A DNA stretch of 64,000 nucleotides from Candidatus Uhrbacteria bacterium RIFOXYB12_FULL_58_10 (GTDB lineage: Bacteria > Patescibacteriota > Patescibacteriia > UBA9934 > GWF2-40-263), in assembly GCA_943354165.1 (NCBI GenBank), contig CALRBH010000004.1, positions 1,049-65,048 of the forward strand. Reading direction: 5' to 3'. The translations under genes were made by a program, and so were the position numbers. The first letter of the stretch is position 1. Every line of letters starts with the position of its first letter. The notes beneath the pieces were generated by a model. That model was given only the letters and a program-made list of their open reading frames with translations. It did not search any database and had not been told where the DNA came from. This document shows, piece after piece, positions 1 to 9,257 of the stretch.

Positions 1-1
1 T

Positions 2-694
2 GCATTAGCTCTCGGACAGACGATCACCCCGCTTGCTCCAAGCTTGAACGCGTTTTTCACCAAGGAGAAATGGACGGCAAAGGTATCGGGAATCGCTTTT
101 GAGAACGCGACGATCACGGCGAAGTTGGCCACGGAGAAGGAATTTACCGGCCCGTTTCTTTTCACACATAAAGGCGTGAGTGGCCCTGCCGTATTCGCCC
201 TGTCTTCGCTCGTCGCCTTTAAGCAATACAATGCGGAAAGTCCGCTTCCGATCACTATCGATCTCTATCCAGATGATTCGATCGACGAACTCACAGGGAA
301 GATCGACGTCTTGAGGGCTGTGCATGGCCATAAGCAGTTCAGCAATGTTCTTGCCATGCTGGTGCCCAAATCGCTCTCAGAGGTCGTTATCCATGAACTT
401 GGCCTGTCAGAGACGAAGCCGGCAAATGAATTTTCGAAGAAAGATGTGAGTCGATGTGCAGGTTGGCTTAAAGCGATTCCGCTGAACGTCGTTCAACGCG
501 GTGCCGGTGACGAGTTCGTCACGGCCGGCGGTGTGCAGCTTTTGGAAGTAGATCCAACCACCATGGAATCAAAAGTCTGCCCCGGACTCTACTTCGCAGG
601 AGAAATTCTCGACGTCGATGGGTTCACTGGCGGGTTCAATCTCCAGGCGTCGTGGGCGACTGGTTATCTTGCGGGAACTTCCCTCAGCACGTAA
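2..694 (+). CDS. HI0933/BaiN-like NAD(P)/FAD-dependent oxidoreductase, C-terminal part (5' end truncated by window edge)
   Basis: Frame is open back to position 2; motifs THKGVSGPAV and GGFNLQASWATG resemble the HI0933-like flavoprotein family. Confidence 0.5.
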   Translation, partial: ALALGQTITPLAPSLNAFFTKEKWTAKVSGIAFENATITAKLATEKEFTGPFLFTHKGVSGPAVFALSSLVAFKQYNAESPLPITIDLYPDDSIDELTGKIDVLRAVHGHKQFSNVLAMLVPKSLSEVVIHELGLSETKPANEFSKKDVSRCAGWLKAIPLNVVQRGAGDEFVTAGGVQLLEVDPTTMESKVCPGLYFAGEILDVDGFTGGFNLQASWATGYLAGTSLST

Positions 695-720
695 CGGCCA
701 ATTTCTGCTAGTATTGGCAG

Positions 721-2043
721 ATGAATCAGCGAGGAAACTTCAAATGCAGATTCGGCATTGCCATCGCGCTCTTCGTGATGGCCTTTTGCGTTCCGAACCC
801 GATTTTTGCGGATGATACGGCGGATGCGCTTAAAAAGCAGCTGCAGGAGATCGAGGCGCAGATCGCCCAGGACCAAAAGGAAATCGTGAAGATAAAAGGC
901 CAGGCGAATACACTCGCAAATACCATTAAAAAGCTGCAGGCGGAACGTGCGGTTCTTTTGCTCCGCATGAAGGCGGCCGATGCCCAAATACGGGTGGTGG
1001 AGGTACGTCTCCAGGAAACACAGGAGCAGGTTGTGGTGAATTCCGCCCATCTCGATGCGCTTCGCGAACAGATGGCCGAACTACTTCAGGTGATGTACAT
1101 CTCGGATTCCGAACCATTGATTTACGCATTGCTCCAAGGACAATCATTTTCCGATATCATTGCAACGGCGCAGGAATATCTGCAAATAACCAACACGCTC
1201 AACGACGTCATCACGGAGACGCATCAGACCAAGGAAAGGCTCACGCAACAGGAGGCTGACCTGACGCAACGGCAGGAAGAGGCGACGCATCTTCAATCCA
1301 TCCGCACCATCCAACAAGCCTCTCTCGCGGAGAGCATGGATTCACAGAAAACATTACTGGTGCAGACAAAGGGAAAGGAACAGGAATATCAGGCGGTGCT
1401 CGGCGACCGCAAAGCGCAGGCAAATCAGATCAAGCAGAGGATCTACGAACTCCTTGATACGGGGACCACACACATTACGTTCGGCCAGGCCGTGGAAATA
1501 GCCAAGGGTGTCTCCAATATAACTGGAATTCGCCCCGCGTTCATCCTTTCGGTTCTGAGTCAGGAATCCAACCTCGGCAAGAATGTGGGAACCTGCAATC
1601 GTCCTGGAGATCCGCCCTCCAAGAGCTGGAAGGTCGTGATGAAGCCGGAACGCGATCAGAAGCCATTCATCGCTATTACAGACGCATTGGTGCGCAATCC
1701 AGACACAACGCCAGTTTCCTGCCCAATGCGCGATGCCAAGGGCAACCAGATTGGTTGGGGCGGTGCCATGGGGCCAGCGCAGTTCATTCCGTCCACCTGG
1801 GTTGGCTATCAGGCAAAAATCACCAAAATAACAGGAAAGCCAGCAGATCCTTGGGATATCCGCGACGCCTTCCTCGCCTCCGCCCTCAAGCTCACGAACG
1901 ACGGCGCAGACGGAAGCGAGCAGGGCGAGTGGAACGCGGCCATGCGTTATTTCAGCGGTTCCACGAACGTGAAATATCGTTTCTATGGCGATCAGGTAAT
2001 TGCCCGTGCTGCGGAGTACCAGAAGGATATCGATGCGTTATAA
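721..2043 (+). CDS. secreted coiled-coil protein with C-terminal MltB-like (GH103-type) lytic transglycosylase domain
   Basis: Signal peptide; ~200 aa heptad-rich Q/E/A/L coiled coil; C-terminal motifs LSQESNLG and GAMGPAQFIPSTW match the membrane-bound lytic murein transglycosylase B catalytic signature. Confidence 0.55.
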   Translation: MNQRGNFKCRFGIAIALFVMAFCVPNPIFADDTADALKKQLQEIEAQIAQDQKEIVKIKGQANTLANTIKKLQAERAVLLLRMKAADAQIRVVEVRLQETQEQVVVNSAHLDALREQMAELLQVMYISDSEPLIYALLQGQSFSDIIATAQEYLQITNTLNDVITETHQTKERLTQQEADLTQRQEEATHLQSIRTIQQASLAESMDSQKTLLVQTKGKEQEYQAVLGDRKAQANQIKQRIYELLDTGTTHITFGQAVEIAKGVSNITGIRPAFILSVLSQESNLGKNVGTCNRPGDPPSKSWKVVMKPERDQKPFIAITDALVRNPDTTPVSCPMRDAKGNQIGWGGAMGPAQFIPSTWVGYQAKITKITGKPADPWDIRDAFLASALKLTNDGADGSEQGEWNAAMRYFSGSTNVKYRFYGDQVIARAAEYQKDIDAL

Positions 2044-2053
2044 TCAGTTGATT

Positions 2054-2305
2054 ATGCCGACAACGTTTACTGAACGCGTCCTTGTGGTAGTTCGATCAAT
2101 CCCGAAGGGAAAGACGCTTTCATACAAGCAAGTGGCCGCTGCGGCAGGGAGGCCAGGCGCCGCTCGCGCAGTGGGAACCATCATGGCGAACAATTCCGAC
2201 CATGACGTCCCATGCCATCGTGTGATTAAGTCCGATGGAACACCGGGCGGGTACAATGGACTAAAAGGCGAGAAGGAGGCATTATTGCTTGCTGAACGCG
2301 CATAG
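2054..2305 (+). CDS. minimal methylated-DNA-protein-cysteine methyltransferase (MGMT/Ogt) DNA-binding domain protein, 83 aa
   Basis: PCHRVI active-site motif with acceptor Cys; HTH-like AAAAGRPGAARAVG; start chosen at first ATG after upstream stop. Confidence 0.6.
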   Translation: MPTTFTERVLVVVRSIPKGKTLSYKQVAAAAGRPGAARAVGTIMANNSDHDVPCHRVIKSDGTPGGYNGLKGEKEALLLAERA

Positions 2306-2309
2306 CTTT

Positions 2310-3209
2310 ATGGAATCGACCCACGAACTCATCATCTTCTACAAATACACGCCCGTCGCGGATCCGAAAGGATTCATGGAATGGCAGCGGCGCACCTGCA
2401 CCGAACTTGGCATCCTCGGCCGTATTATCGTTGCGCATGAGGGGATCAACGGGACCGTTGAAGGGACGCCTGAGGCAATCGCCGAATATGCACGCCGGAT
2501 GCATGAACAAAATGGTGTTCAAGGAACTTATGGGGATTTTGCAGATGTGTGGTTCAAATCGAGTCCGGGAACGGGAACATCGTTTGTGAAACTTGTCGTA
2601 AAACTTCGAAAAGAAATCGTGACCACAGGACTTGCTCAGGAGGAGATGGTTAATCCGAACCAGACCACCGGAACGCACATCACCCCAAATGAGCTCAAAC
2701 AGTGGATCGAGCGCGGGGAGAAATTTGAGATTATCGACATGCGCAACGACTACGAATACGCGGTCGGGCATTTTGCCGGATCGCATAACAGCCTGATGGA
2801 AAACTACCGCGACCTTTCAAAGGTTGTTCCGCAGTTTGAATCACTCAAGGACAAGAAGGTTCTCACGGTTTGTACATACGGCGTACGATGTGAAACCGCT
2901 TCTGGATACCTAAAGCAAAATGGCTTTAAAGACGTTTATCAGCTCGAAGGGGGAATCGGTAGCTATATGAAGCAGTACCCGGGTCAGGATTTCCTCGGCT
3001 CGCTCTATGTTTTCGACGCACGAATGACAGAGCGATTCACCGACAAGTACGAAGTCGTCGGCCAGTGCGTGAACTGCGGAGGGAAGAGCGAGCGTTTCGG
3101 GAACTGTGCTTGGAACGAGTGTCACAAACAGATCATCATCTGTGACACCTGCGCCCCTTTATCGAAATCCATCTGGTGCCAAGAAGCCTGTAAAAAAGAA
3201 AGACCCTGA
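2310..3209 (+). CDS. trhO: rhodanese-domain tRNA uridine(34) hydroxylase TrhO/YceA family (UPF0176)
   Basis: N-terminal FYKYTPVADP...GRIIVAHEGINGT; rhodanese Cys in TVCTYGVRCE; C-terminal Cys-rich zinc ribbon. Confidence 0.6.
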   Translation: MESTHELIIFYKYTPVADPKGFMEWQRRTCTELGILGRIIVAHEGINGTVEGTPEAIAEYARRMHEQNGVQGTYGDFADVWFKSSPGTGTSFVKLVVKLRKEIVTTGLAQEEMVNPNQTTGTHITPNELKQWIERGEKFEIIDMRNDYEYAVGHFAGSHNSLMENYRDLSKVVPQFESLKDKKVLTVCTYGVRCETASGYLKQNGFKDVYQLEGGIGSYMKQYPGQDFLGSLYVFDARMTERFTDKYEVVGQCVNCGGKSERFGNCAWNECHKQIIICDTCAPLSKSIWCQEACKKERP

Positions 3210-3230
3210 GAACCAGGGTCTTTGTCTGTT
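3201..3230 (+). terminator. rho-independent terminator after trhO
   Basis: AGACCCTG-AGAA-CCAGGGTCT stem followed by TTTGTCTGTT; stop codon lies in the stem. Confidence 0.55.
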
Positions 3231-3234
3231 GCGG

Positions 3235-3516
3235 CTAGAGCTTGATGTAGGCCACATCGTCTCTGATCTCCACATTACCGAAGTAATCGAGCCAGGCAAT
3301 GAGTCCTAGGGGATTTTTCTCCGTTGGATCACTCCCGGGCACAAAATTCGCCTTGGTCGAGATTCCGCGTACTTCATAGGTACGGATCTCGATTTCCTGC
3401 TTGCGCTGAATGAAGATCCGCCAGTGCAAGACATCACCTTCCGTGCGGATACGCTTCTTGTTGACCGCAACACGTATCCATACGTTAGACCAGCTGTTTT
3501 GCATGGAATTCTCCAT
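3235..3516 (-). CDS. hypothetical protein (93 aa, Trp-rich, no recognisable family)
   Basis: ORF with protein-like composition between trhO terminator and the ABC-F promoter; no family recognised. Confidence 0.3.
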   Translation of the reverse strand: MENSMQNSWSNVWIRVAVNKKRIRTEGDVLHWRIFIQRKQEIEIRTYEVRGISTKANFVPGSDPTEKNPLGLIAWLDYFGNVEIRDDVAYIKL

Positions 3517-3554
3517 AAAGGGTTGAGGCCGCGATCATACCGAGCGGGGGACCC

Positions 3555-3583
3555 TTGCGCAAGAGCTGAATTTTCCCTAGAAT
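3555..3583 (+). promoter_or_regulatory. sigma70-like promoter for ABC-F gene (TTGCGC-17-TAGAAT), ~9-nt leader
   Basis: -35 3555-3560, -10 3578-3583, ATG at 3593, no SD. Confidence 0.45.
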
Positions 3584-3592
3584 GTCGCAACT

Positions 3593-5044
3593 ATGGACCA
3601 TGGAAACGTCATCATCCGATTTGAACGCGTAACGTTCGGTTACGACAAGGACCGCCCCATCCTCAATGAGGTGGATTTCGGCGTCCGTGAAAACGCGAAG
3701 ATCACCCTCATGGGCCAGAACGGCGCCGGGAAGAGCACCATCTTCCAACTGCTCCTCGGAACCATAAAGCCGGACGAAGGGAAAATCCACATGAAGCAGG
3801 GGGCCTCTATCGCCATCGCCACCCAGGTGATGCCGGAGGAATGCCTGACCATGACCGTGCGCCAGTTCTTTGAGCGCGCGTTCACGGATAAGATCTATGA
3901 CCTCGACAAGCGCATCAAGGACGCGTTTGAGGCAGTGAACATCACCTCGGACCTGGAAAAGATCATCAAGGACTTCTCGGGCGGCCAGCAAGCCCGTCTG
4001 CTCTTGGCGTACGCCCTCGTCCAGGACCCAGACATTCTTCTTCTCGATGAGCCGACCAACAACCTCGACACCGCCGGCATCGAGCACCTCACCGGATTCC
4101 TGATGGTGTATCCAAAGACCGTTATCGTCATTTCCCATGATGCCGACTTCTTGAATGCCTTTACCGAAGGCGTGCTTAACCTTGATGTTCACACTGGTAA
4201 AGTCGAGCGTTACGAAGGGAACTACTACAACGTGGTTGAAGAGATTGCTGCGCGCGTTGAACGCGATCGCATGCAGAACGCCCGCATGCTCAAGGAAATT
4301 CAGGACCGCAAGGATAAGATCAACTTCTTCGCGCACAAGGGAGGGAAGATGCGCGCCCTTGCCGCCAAGCTTAAGGACCAGGTTATCGAGGCTGAGGAAA
4401 ACATGGTTGAGGTTAAGCGCGATGATAAGACCATTCGCGATTTCACGATCGCCACGCAAGACTTCACGGACCCACTCGTAAAGATCACATCCGTCCGAGT
4501 GATCAACAATCACGAGCCCCGTAACGTCGAAGTAAACATCTCACTTCGTAAGCGCCAGCGTTTGCTCATCTCCGGCCCGAACGGGATCGGCAAGAGCACG
4601 TTGCTCCGTCTCCTCGCAGAGGGAACCGATCCAGGTGTTTCGATTACCAAAGACGTGAAGGTAGGTTATTACCGTCAGGATTTCTCCGGACTCGATTACA
4701 GCGCCACCGTGTATGAGTCGTTGGAATCGGTCATGGACGTTCCGGACAATGAAAAACTGCGCGAAGCTGGTGCACAATTCCTCCTTACAGGAGAGCTTAT
4801 GCGTAACCAGGTCCGCTCGCTTTCGGAAGGGCAGAAGGGTCTTCTTTGTTTCGCTCGATTCGTCTTACAGAAGCCAGGCCTTCTTATCCTCGACGAGCCG
4901 ACCAACCACATCAACTTCCGCCATCTTCCGGTCATTGCAGAAGCCATCGAGAAATTCGAGGGCGCCATTATCATGGTGAGCCACGCGCCGGACTTTGTGA
5001 GCAAGATCAACTTTACGGAATGGTTGGATTTGGGGACATTATAA
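3593..5044 (+). CDS. ABC-F family ATPase (two tandem ABC domains, no TM domain)
   Basis: Two Walker A motifs (GQNGAGKST, GPNGIGKST), two LSGGQ-like signatures (FSGGQQ, LSEGQK), inter-domain linker. Confidence 0.7.
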   Translation: MDHGNVIIRFERVTFGYDKDRPILNEVDFGVRENAKITLMGQNGAGKSTIFQLLLGTIKPDEGKIHMKQGASIAIATQVMPEECLTMTVRQFFERAFTDKIYDLDKRIKDAFEAVNITSDLEKIIKDFSGGQQARLLLAYALVQDPDILLLDEPTNNLDTAGIEHLTGFLMVYPKTVIVISHDADFLNAFTEGVLNLDVHTGKVERYEGNYYNVVEEIAARVERDRMQNARMLKEIQDRKDKINFFAHKGGKMRALAAKLKDQVIEAEENMVEVKRDDKTIRDFTIATQDFTDPLVKITSVRVINNHEPRNVEVNISLRKRQRLLISGPNGIGKSTLLRLLAEGTDPGVSITKDVKVGYYRQDFSGLDYSATVYESLESVMDVPDNEKLREAGAQFLLTGELMRNQVRSLSEGQKGLLCFARFVLQKPGLLILDEPTNHINFRHLPVIAEAIEKFEGAIIMVSHAPDFVSKINFTEWLDLGTL

Positions 5045-5120
5045 TGCGAAAGGCAACGATCATCGGGCTTCTGCGATAAGGGTTCCAGGGAATGTCTCTG
5101 AGTGATATCCTGTACCAGCT

Positions 5121-6362
5121 ATGCGAGCACATTGGGTGATTGTTGGGATAGCGGTGCCGATCGTGGTCGGAGCCGCTTTTTTGTTGCCTAAGTACCACAA
5201 TGCCCCTTCCGCCGGCATCGCTTCAGAGGTCACGGCAAGTGAGCCAGTTCCTCCGCCATTAGAGGTTAGGACCCATGAAATCGTCGCCGACGATACATTC
5301 ACGAGCGTACTTGAGTCGCTCGGGATTTCCTATGCTGATGCGTTGGAAATCCTGGAAGTGTCGAAGGACGTCTATAATTTCACCAATGTCCGCATCGGAA
5401 AGACGATGTCCCTCGAGCTTACTTCTGAAGGTCAGCTAGGGACGCTGAGGTATGAGCCGAATTCCTCGACGATGATTTCGGTCGTGAAAGCGGGAGACAC
5501 TTGGACCGCTCACGAGGAAGAAATTAAATACGATATCGAAGTTGTCCGTGCGTCAGGCACTATCGAATCCTCCCTCTACCTCGCCGGCTTGGTCGCAGGA
5601 ATGTCGGAAGGTGCGATCATCATCCTCGCGGACACGTTCGCCTGGAGCGTGGATTTTGCGACACAGGTGCGCGGCGGCGATACCTTCGAGGTGGCGTACG
5701 AGAAACGTTCGCGGAACGGCAAGGATGCCGGCACCGGCCGTGTGCTCACCGCAAGCTTTACGAACGCAGGTGATCGGCACGAAGCGTACCTCTTTGAGAT
5801 GGATGGCAAGGACGGATATTACGACGAGAACGGCACCTCGCTCGTCCGGCAGTTCCTCAAGGCTCCGCTCAGCTACTCCCGCATCACCTCAGGCTACACC
5901 ACCGCGCGCTTCCACCCCGTCCTTGCGAAGACCACTCCGCATCGCGCGATCGACTACGCGGCGGCAACGGGAACGCCAGTGATGGCGACGGCGGACGGAA
6001 TCATCTCCTCGGCCGGGTGGAACAGCGGCGGGTACGGAAATTTGGTGACAATTCGGCACAACAGCACCTTCGATACCAACTACGCCCACCTCAGTAAATT
6101 CGGAAAGGGAATTAAGCGCGGTGTAGCCGTGGTGCAGGGACAGGTTATTGGGTACGTTGGTTCCACTGGATTCTCCACCGGCCCTCACCTCCATTACGAA
6201 ATCATAAAGGACGGAACGAAGGTGAATCCGCTGCAGATACAGCTTCCAGCCGGCGATCCGATCCCTGATGATCAACGCGCTGGTTTTGAAGCAAGCCGGG
6301 ACGAGCAGAAAAAACTCCTCTCAAAAATTACCACATCGCAAAGCGGACGGGGTAATTTATGA
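5121..6362 (+). CDS. membrane-anchored M23 family metallopeptidase with OapA/LysM-like N-terminal region
   Basis: N-terminal TM helix; HRAIDYAAATGTPVMATADG (HxxxD) and GSTGFSTGPHLHYEI motifs typical of M23/LytM peptidases. Confidence 0.7.
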   Translation: MRAHWVIVGIAVPIVVGAAFLLPKYHNAPSAGIASEVTASEPVPPPLEVRTHEIVADDTFTSVLESLGISYADALEILEVSKDVYNFTNVRIGKTMSLELTSEGQLGTLRYEPNSSTMISVVKAGDTWTAHEEEIKYDIEVVRASGTIESSLYLAGLVAGMSEGAIIILADTFAWSVDFATQVRGGDTFEVAYEKRSRNGKDAGTGRVLTASFTNAGDRHEAYLFEMDGKDGYYDENGTSLVRQFLKAPLSYSRITSGYTTARFHPVLAKTTPHRAIDYAAATGTPVMATADGIISSAGWNSGGYGNLVTIRHNSTFDTNYAHLSKFGKGIKRGVAVVQGQVIGYVGSTGFSTGPHLHYEIIKDGTKVNPLQIQLPAGDPIPDDQRAGFEASRDEQKKLLSKITTSQSGRGNL

Positions 6363-7775
6363 GGGGGATTCGAGGGCTCGGACGAACACGCGGCAGAGCG
6401 TGTCGATCTCTTCCTCTGTTTCCGTCCCAGCCGAAATTCGAATGAACGGTGTGGTCACTTTCGTCGCGTGAAGGGCAGTTAAATACACCCGTGTCGTGTT
6501 GAACCCAAAGCTCGTTCCAGCGTGTAGGTCGATTCCAGCCTTGCCCGCCTCATTAATCGCGTGATCGAGGAACTTTTTGTACACGCCCACCTTTTTAAAT
6601 TCAGGCTTGAACCCCAAGACACAGAACCCGCCGTGGAAGGGAAGCTCCTTTGTCCAAGTGTTGGTTGGATGGTTTTTTAGACCTGGATACACAACTTGCT
6701 CAATAGGACATGCAGGGTTTTCGTCGACGTATACCTGCAGTCGTTCTGCAATCGTACGAATATTTCGTCCGATTCGGCTCATGCGACGCTCAAGCAGAAT
6801 CCGATTCGGTTCGGGGATGGAGAGCACGGAGGCGTCCGGCATGTTTGTGCCGAGGTGCATCCGCTCGCCAAAGTAGCCGAGCGTGGAAAGGGCATCGGTC
6901 CAGATGATGCCGCCAGTTACCCGGTCCAGACCAAACTGGTAAAACTTGTTTAGGCTTTCGATCACGGTAAGGCGCAGCTTCCAATTCACCATCGGGAGGT
7001 CTTGCAGCGGCTGGTACATCGGCCCCAGCCCGCTGTTATCAAGTACGAGGTGCGTTTCCTGATCGATGCACTTCGCAAGGGCAGGGATGAGCCGTTTAAG
7101 ATCAGCCATGGCGACCGTATCTGTGTTGCAAAGGCTGTCGATAAATATGACCGAGGGCTTGAGACGCTTAACGGCTTCTATAATCGCTTCCGCATTGTTT
7201 TCATCGAACCAATGCATCCGATCGCCAAAAGTCTTCATGAGCAATCCCTTGTTTTCAAAGTAGCTTGAGGCACCTGCGAGAATCGGTCCGTTCGCCTTTC
7301 CTTCATGGATGAGGGTGACAAGGACCGTAGCAAAAGCTGACATCCCGCTTGAGGTCACGTAGGCCTTGGGTGGCATGCGCATTGGCGCGTCGATGTATGC
7401 GTAGACGAACGCCTGTTCAAACGCTTCGGCGTCCAAATGATGGTCGCGCTTGTAATCGTTATAAGTGCCATGAATACGGCCCGCTTGGCTGCCTGCCTGG
7501 GGAGACACGGCATGCATGAATGTAGGCGACTGCCAGTCCGTGGAGGCGAGAATCGACCCCATGATTCCATAGAGGCTATGGAGAGTCTCGTACATGGATT
7601 TTTTGTCTGTACCTTGTCGTACCGCTTCGAACTGCGGGAGCATCGAATCAATAATTCCAATCAGTGCCTGTCCAGACAATTGGTCTCCTCCAGCAAGCCA
7701 AGACCGGAACCGTTTTAGACGGTCCTCGGCTGATGAGGCTAGATAGATGAGTTCCTCTCGGTCGTCGTCATGCAT
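6357..7775 (-). CDS. PLP-dependent Cys/Met-metabolism (transsulfuration) family enzyme, divergent, with N-terminal extension
   Basis: Candidate PLP-lysine context IESLNKFYQFG and C-terminal RISAGTE (cf. RLSVGIE) resemble the cystathionine gamma-synthase/beta-lyase fold. Confidence 0.45.
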   Translation of the reverse strand: MHDDDREELIYLASSAEDRLKRFRSWLAGGDQLSGQALIGIIDSMLPQFEAVRQGTDKKSMYETLHSLYGIMGSILASTDWQSPTFMHAVSPQAGSQAGRIHGTYNDYKRDHHLDAEAFEQAFVYAYIDAPMRMPPKAYVTSSGMSAFATVLVTLIHEGKANGPILAGASSYFENKGLLMKTFGDRMHWFDENNAEAIIEAVKRLKPSVIFIDSLCNTDTVAMADLKRLIPALAKCIDQETHLVLDNSGLGPMYQPLQDLPMVNWKLRLTVIESLNKFYQFGLDRVTGGIIWTDALSTLGYFGERMHLGTNMPDASVLSIPEPNRILLERRMSRIGRNIRTIAERLQVYVDENPACPIEQVVYPGLKNHPTNTWTKELPFHGGFCVLGFKPEFKKVGVYKKFLDHAINEAGKAGIDLHAGTSFGFNTTRVYLTALHATKVTTPFIRISAGTETEEEIDTLCRVFVRALESPS

Positions 7776-7814
7776 ACGGTTTCGCCATTGTACGCCGTTT
7801 GGTAGGATGGACGA

Positions 7815-8753
7815 ATGCTACGCGAACTCCTCGGGATCTCAAAGTCGCTCCCGGTCCACATGCAAAGCGTGGACCTTGGTTCGACGACCATCAAAGTCCC
7901 CGTCGCCGACCTTCAAGGAAAGCGTCCGGGCAAGACTCTCCTTGTGACAGGTGGAATGGACGGCGATGAGTACACGGGAATGGAGGCGGCGTATCATCTG
8001 ATCGATGAGTACAAGAGCGGCGATTTCGCCGGGCGATTGATCGTCATCCCCATCGTAAACATTCCAGGCTTCGAACATGAGTGCAGTCAGAATCCACTCG
8101 ACGACGTCTTTCCGAAACACGTGTTTCCAGGTCGGCTCGATGGGAAGCCGACGGAACGATTGCTTCATTGGCTCACGACTTCGTACGTTCAACACGCCGA
8201 TGTGTGGCATGACCTGCACGCTGGAGCCATCACTGAAGGACTGAACCCATTCGTTTGGTTCTATAAATCAGGTGTTCAAGCCGTGGATAAAACCGCACAA
8301 GAATTGTATTCAGGGATGAATACTCCTTGTGTAGTGCATGAACAGGTTTCCGGTTTCTCAAAAGCCGGTCATTTGGCCAAGGGCGGCTGCGTCTACATCA
8401 TTGCCGAATCCGGCCAGCTGGGCGTGAGGAATAGTGTTGATATTGATCGGCACATCGATTGGATTAAGTCGACGATGAAGGCCTTGGGAATGATCGAAAC
8501 TATAAGATCAGGCCCTCCAACGTCCCCAACTATTCTCACTAAGGTCGATTACGTCATGGCCCCGTTCGACGGAATCTGGCGCCCATCCGGAACACGTTCG
8601 ACGCTACAACGAAACGACACCCTTGGAATGGGGTGCCGAATCGACGGTTCTGACATGCGTGAAATAAGGGCTTCGACGAGCGGTACGCCACTTTGGTGGA
8701 AGGAATCGATGGCCATGCACAAAGGCGATATTCTCTGTGCTATCGGGCATTAG
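7815..8753 (+). CDS. succinylglutamate desuccinylase/aspartoacylase (AstE/AspA, M14-like) family protein with variant zinc motif
   Basis: GGMDGDEYTG in place of GGxHGNE and a downstream DLH motif; family call is tentative. Confidence 0.35.
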   Translation: MLRELLGISKSLPVHMQSVDLGSTTIKVPVADLQGKRPGKTLLVTGGMDGDEYTGMEAAYHLIDEYKSGDFAGRLIVIPIVNIPGFEHECSQNPLDDVFPKHVFPGRLDGKPTERLLHWLTTSYVQHADVWHDLHAGAITEGLNPFVWFYKSGVQAVDKTAQELYSGMNTPCVVHEQVSGFSKAGHLAKGGCVYIIAESGQLGVRNSVDIDRHIDWIKSTMKALGMIETIRSGPPTSPTILTKVDYVMAPFDGIWRPSGTRSTLQRNDTLGMGCRIDGSDMREIRASTSGTPLWWKESMAMHKGDILCAIGH

Positions 8754-9190
8754 GTCACTTCAATGATTTCATAGTTAAGCGGACCGTTCGGCGTTTTCAT
8801 GGCCACGACGTCGCCTTCCTTGTGATTAATAAGCAGGGAACCGATGGGGGATTTATAGGAGATATGCCCGCGCATCGGGTCCGTTTCGATCGAACCGACG
8901 ATGAGGAACGTGCTGGTTTTTCCGTTCGCGTGCACCCGGACCGTCGACCCTATCTGAACAGTCCCATCTGCCTCGTTGTTGATGGGAATCACGAACTTCA
9001 GCCGCTCCTTAAGCGTAAGAAGTCGGTTGTCGATGCGACGAAGCCGCGCCTTTGATTCCGTATATCCGGCATTCTCGGAAAGATCGCCCATTTCAACCGC
9101 GGCCGTCACTTCCTTAAGCACCATCGGCCGTTCTACGAACTCCAGCTCGTGCATTGTGCGTTTCAATCGCTCAATGGCGGCCGGGGTCAT
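8750..9190 (-). CDS. greA: transcription elongation factor GreA (longest ORF extends to 9271; start at 9190 assumed)
   Basis: MTPAAIERLKRTMHELE...GDLSENAGY coiled-coil N-domain plus FKBP-like C-domain; the ORF-track start at 9271 would overlap the upstream ABC-F gene. Confidence 0.75.
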   Translation of the reverse strand: MTPAAIERLKRTMHELEFVERPMVLKEVTAAVEMGDLSENAGYTESKARLRRIDNRLLTLKERLKFVIPINNEADGTVQIGSTVRVHANGKTSTFLIVGSIETDPMRGHISYKSPIGSLLINHKEGDVVAMKTPNGPLNYEIIEVT

Positions 9191-9257
9191 GTAGCGGTCC
9201 GGCGCCTCTTCCTTGGACTGGCGCAGGATCTCAGATTTTCGCTTGGGTAATTGCATA

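Noticed and set aside
5-331. Minus-strand ORF 5-331 at the window start
   Set aside because: It overlaps the better-supported plus-strand HI0933-like gene and has no family resemblance.
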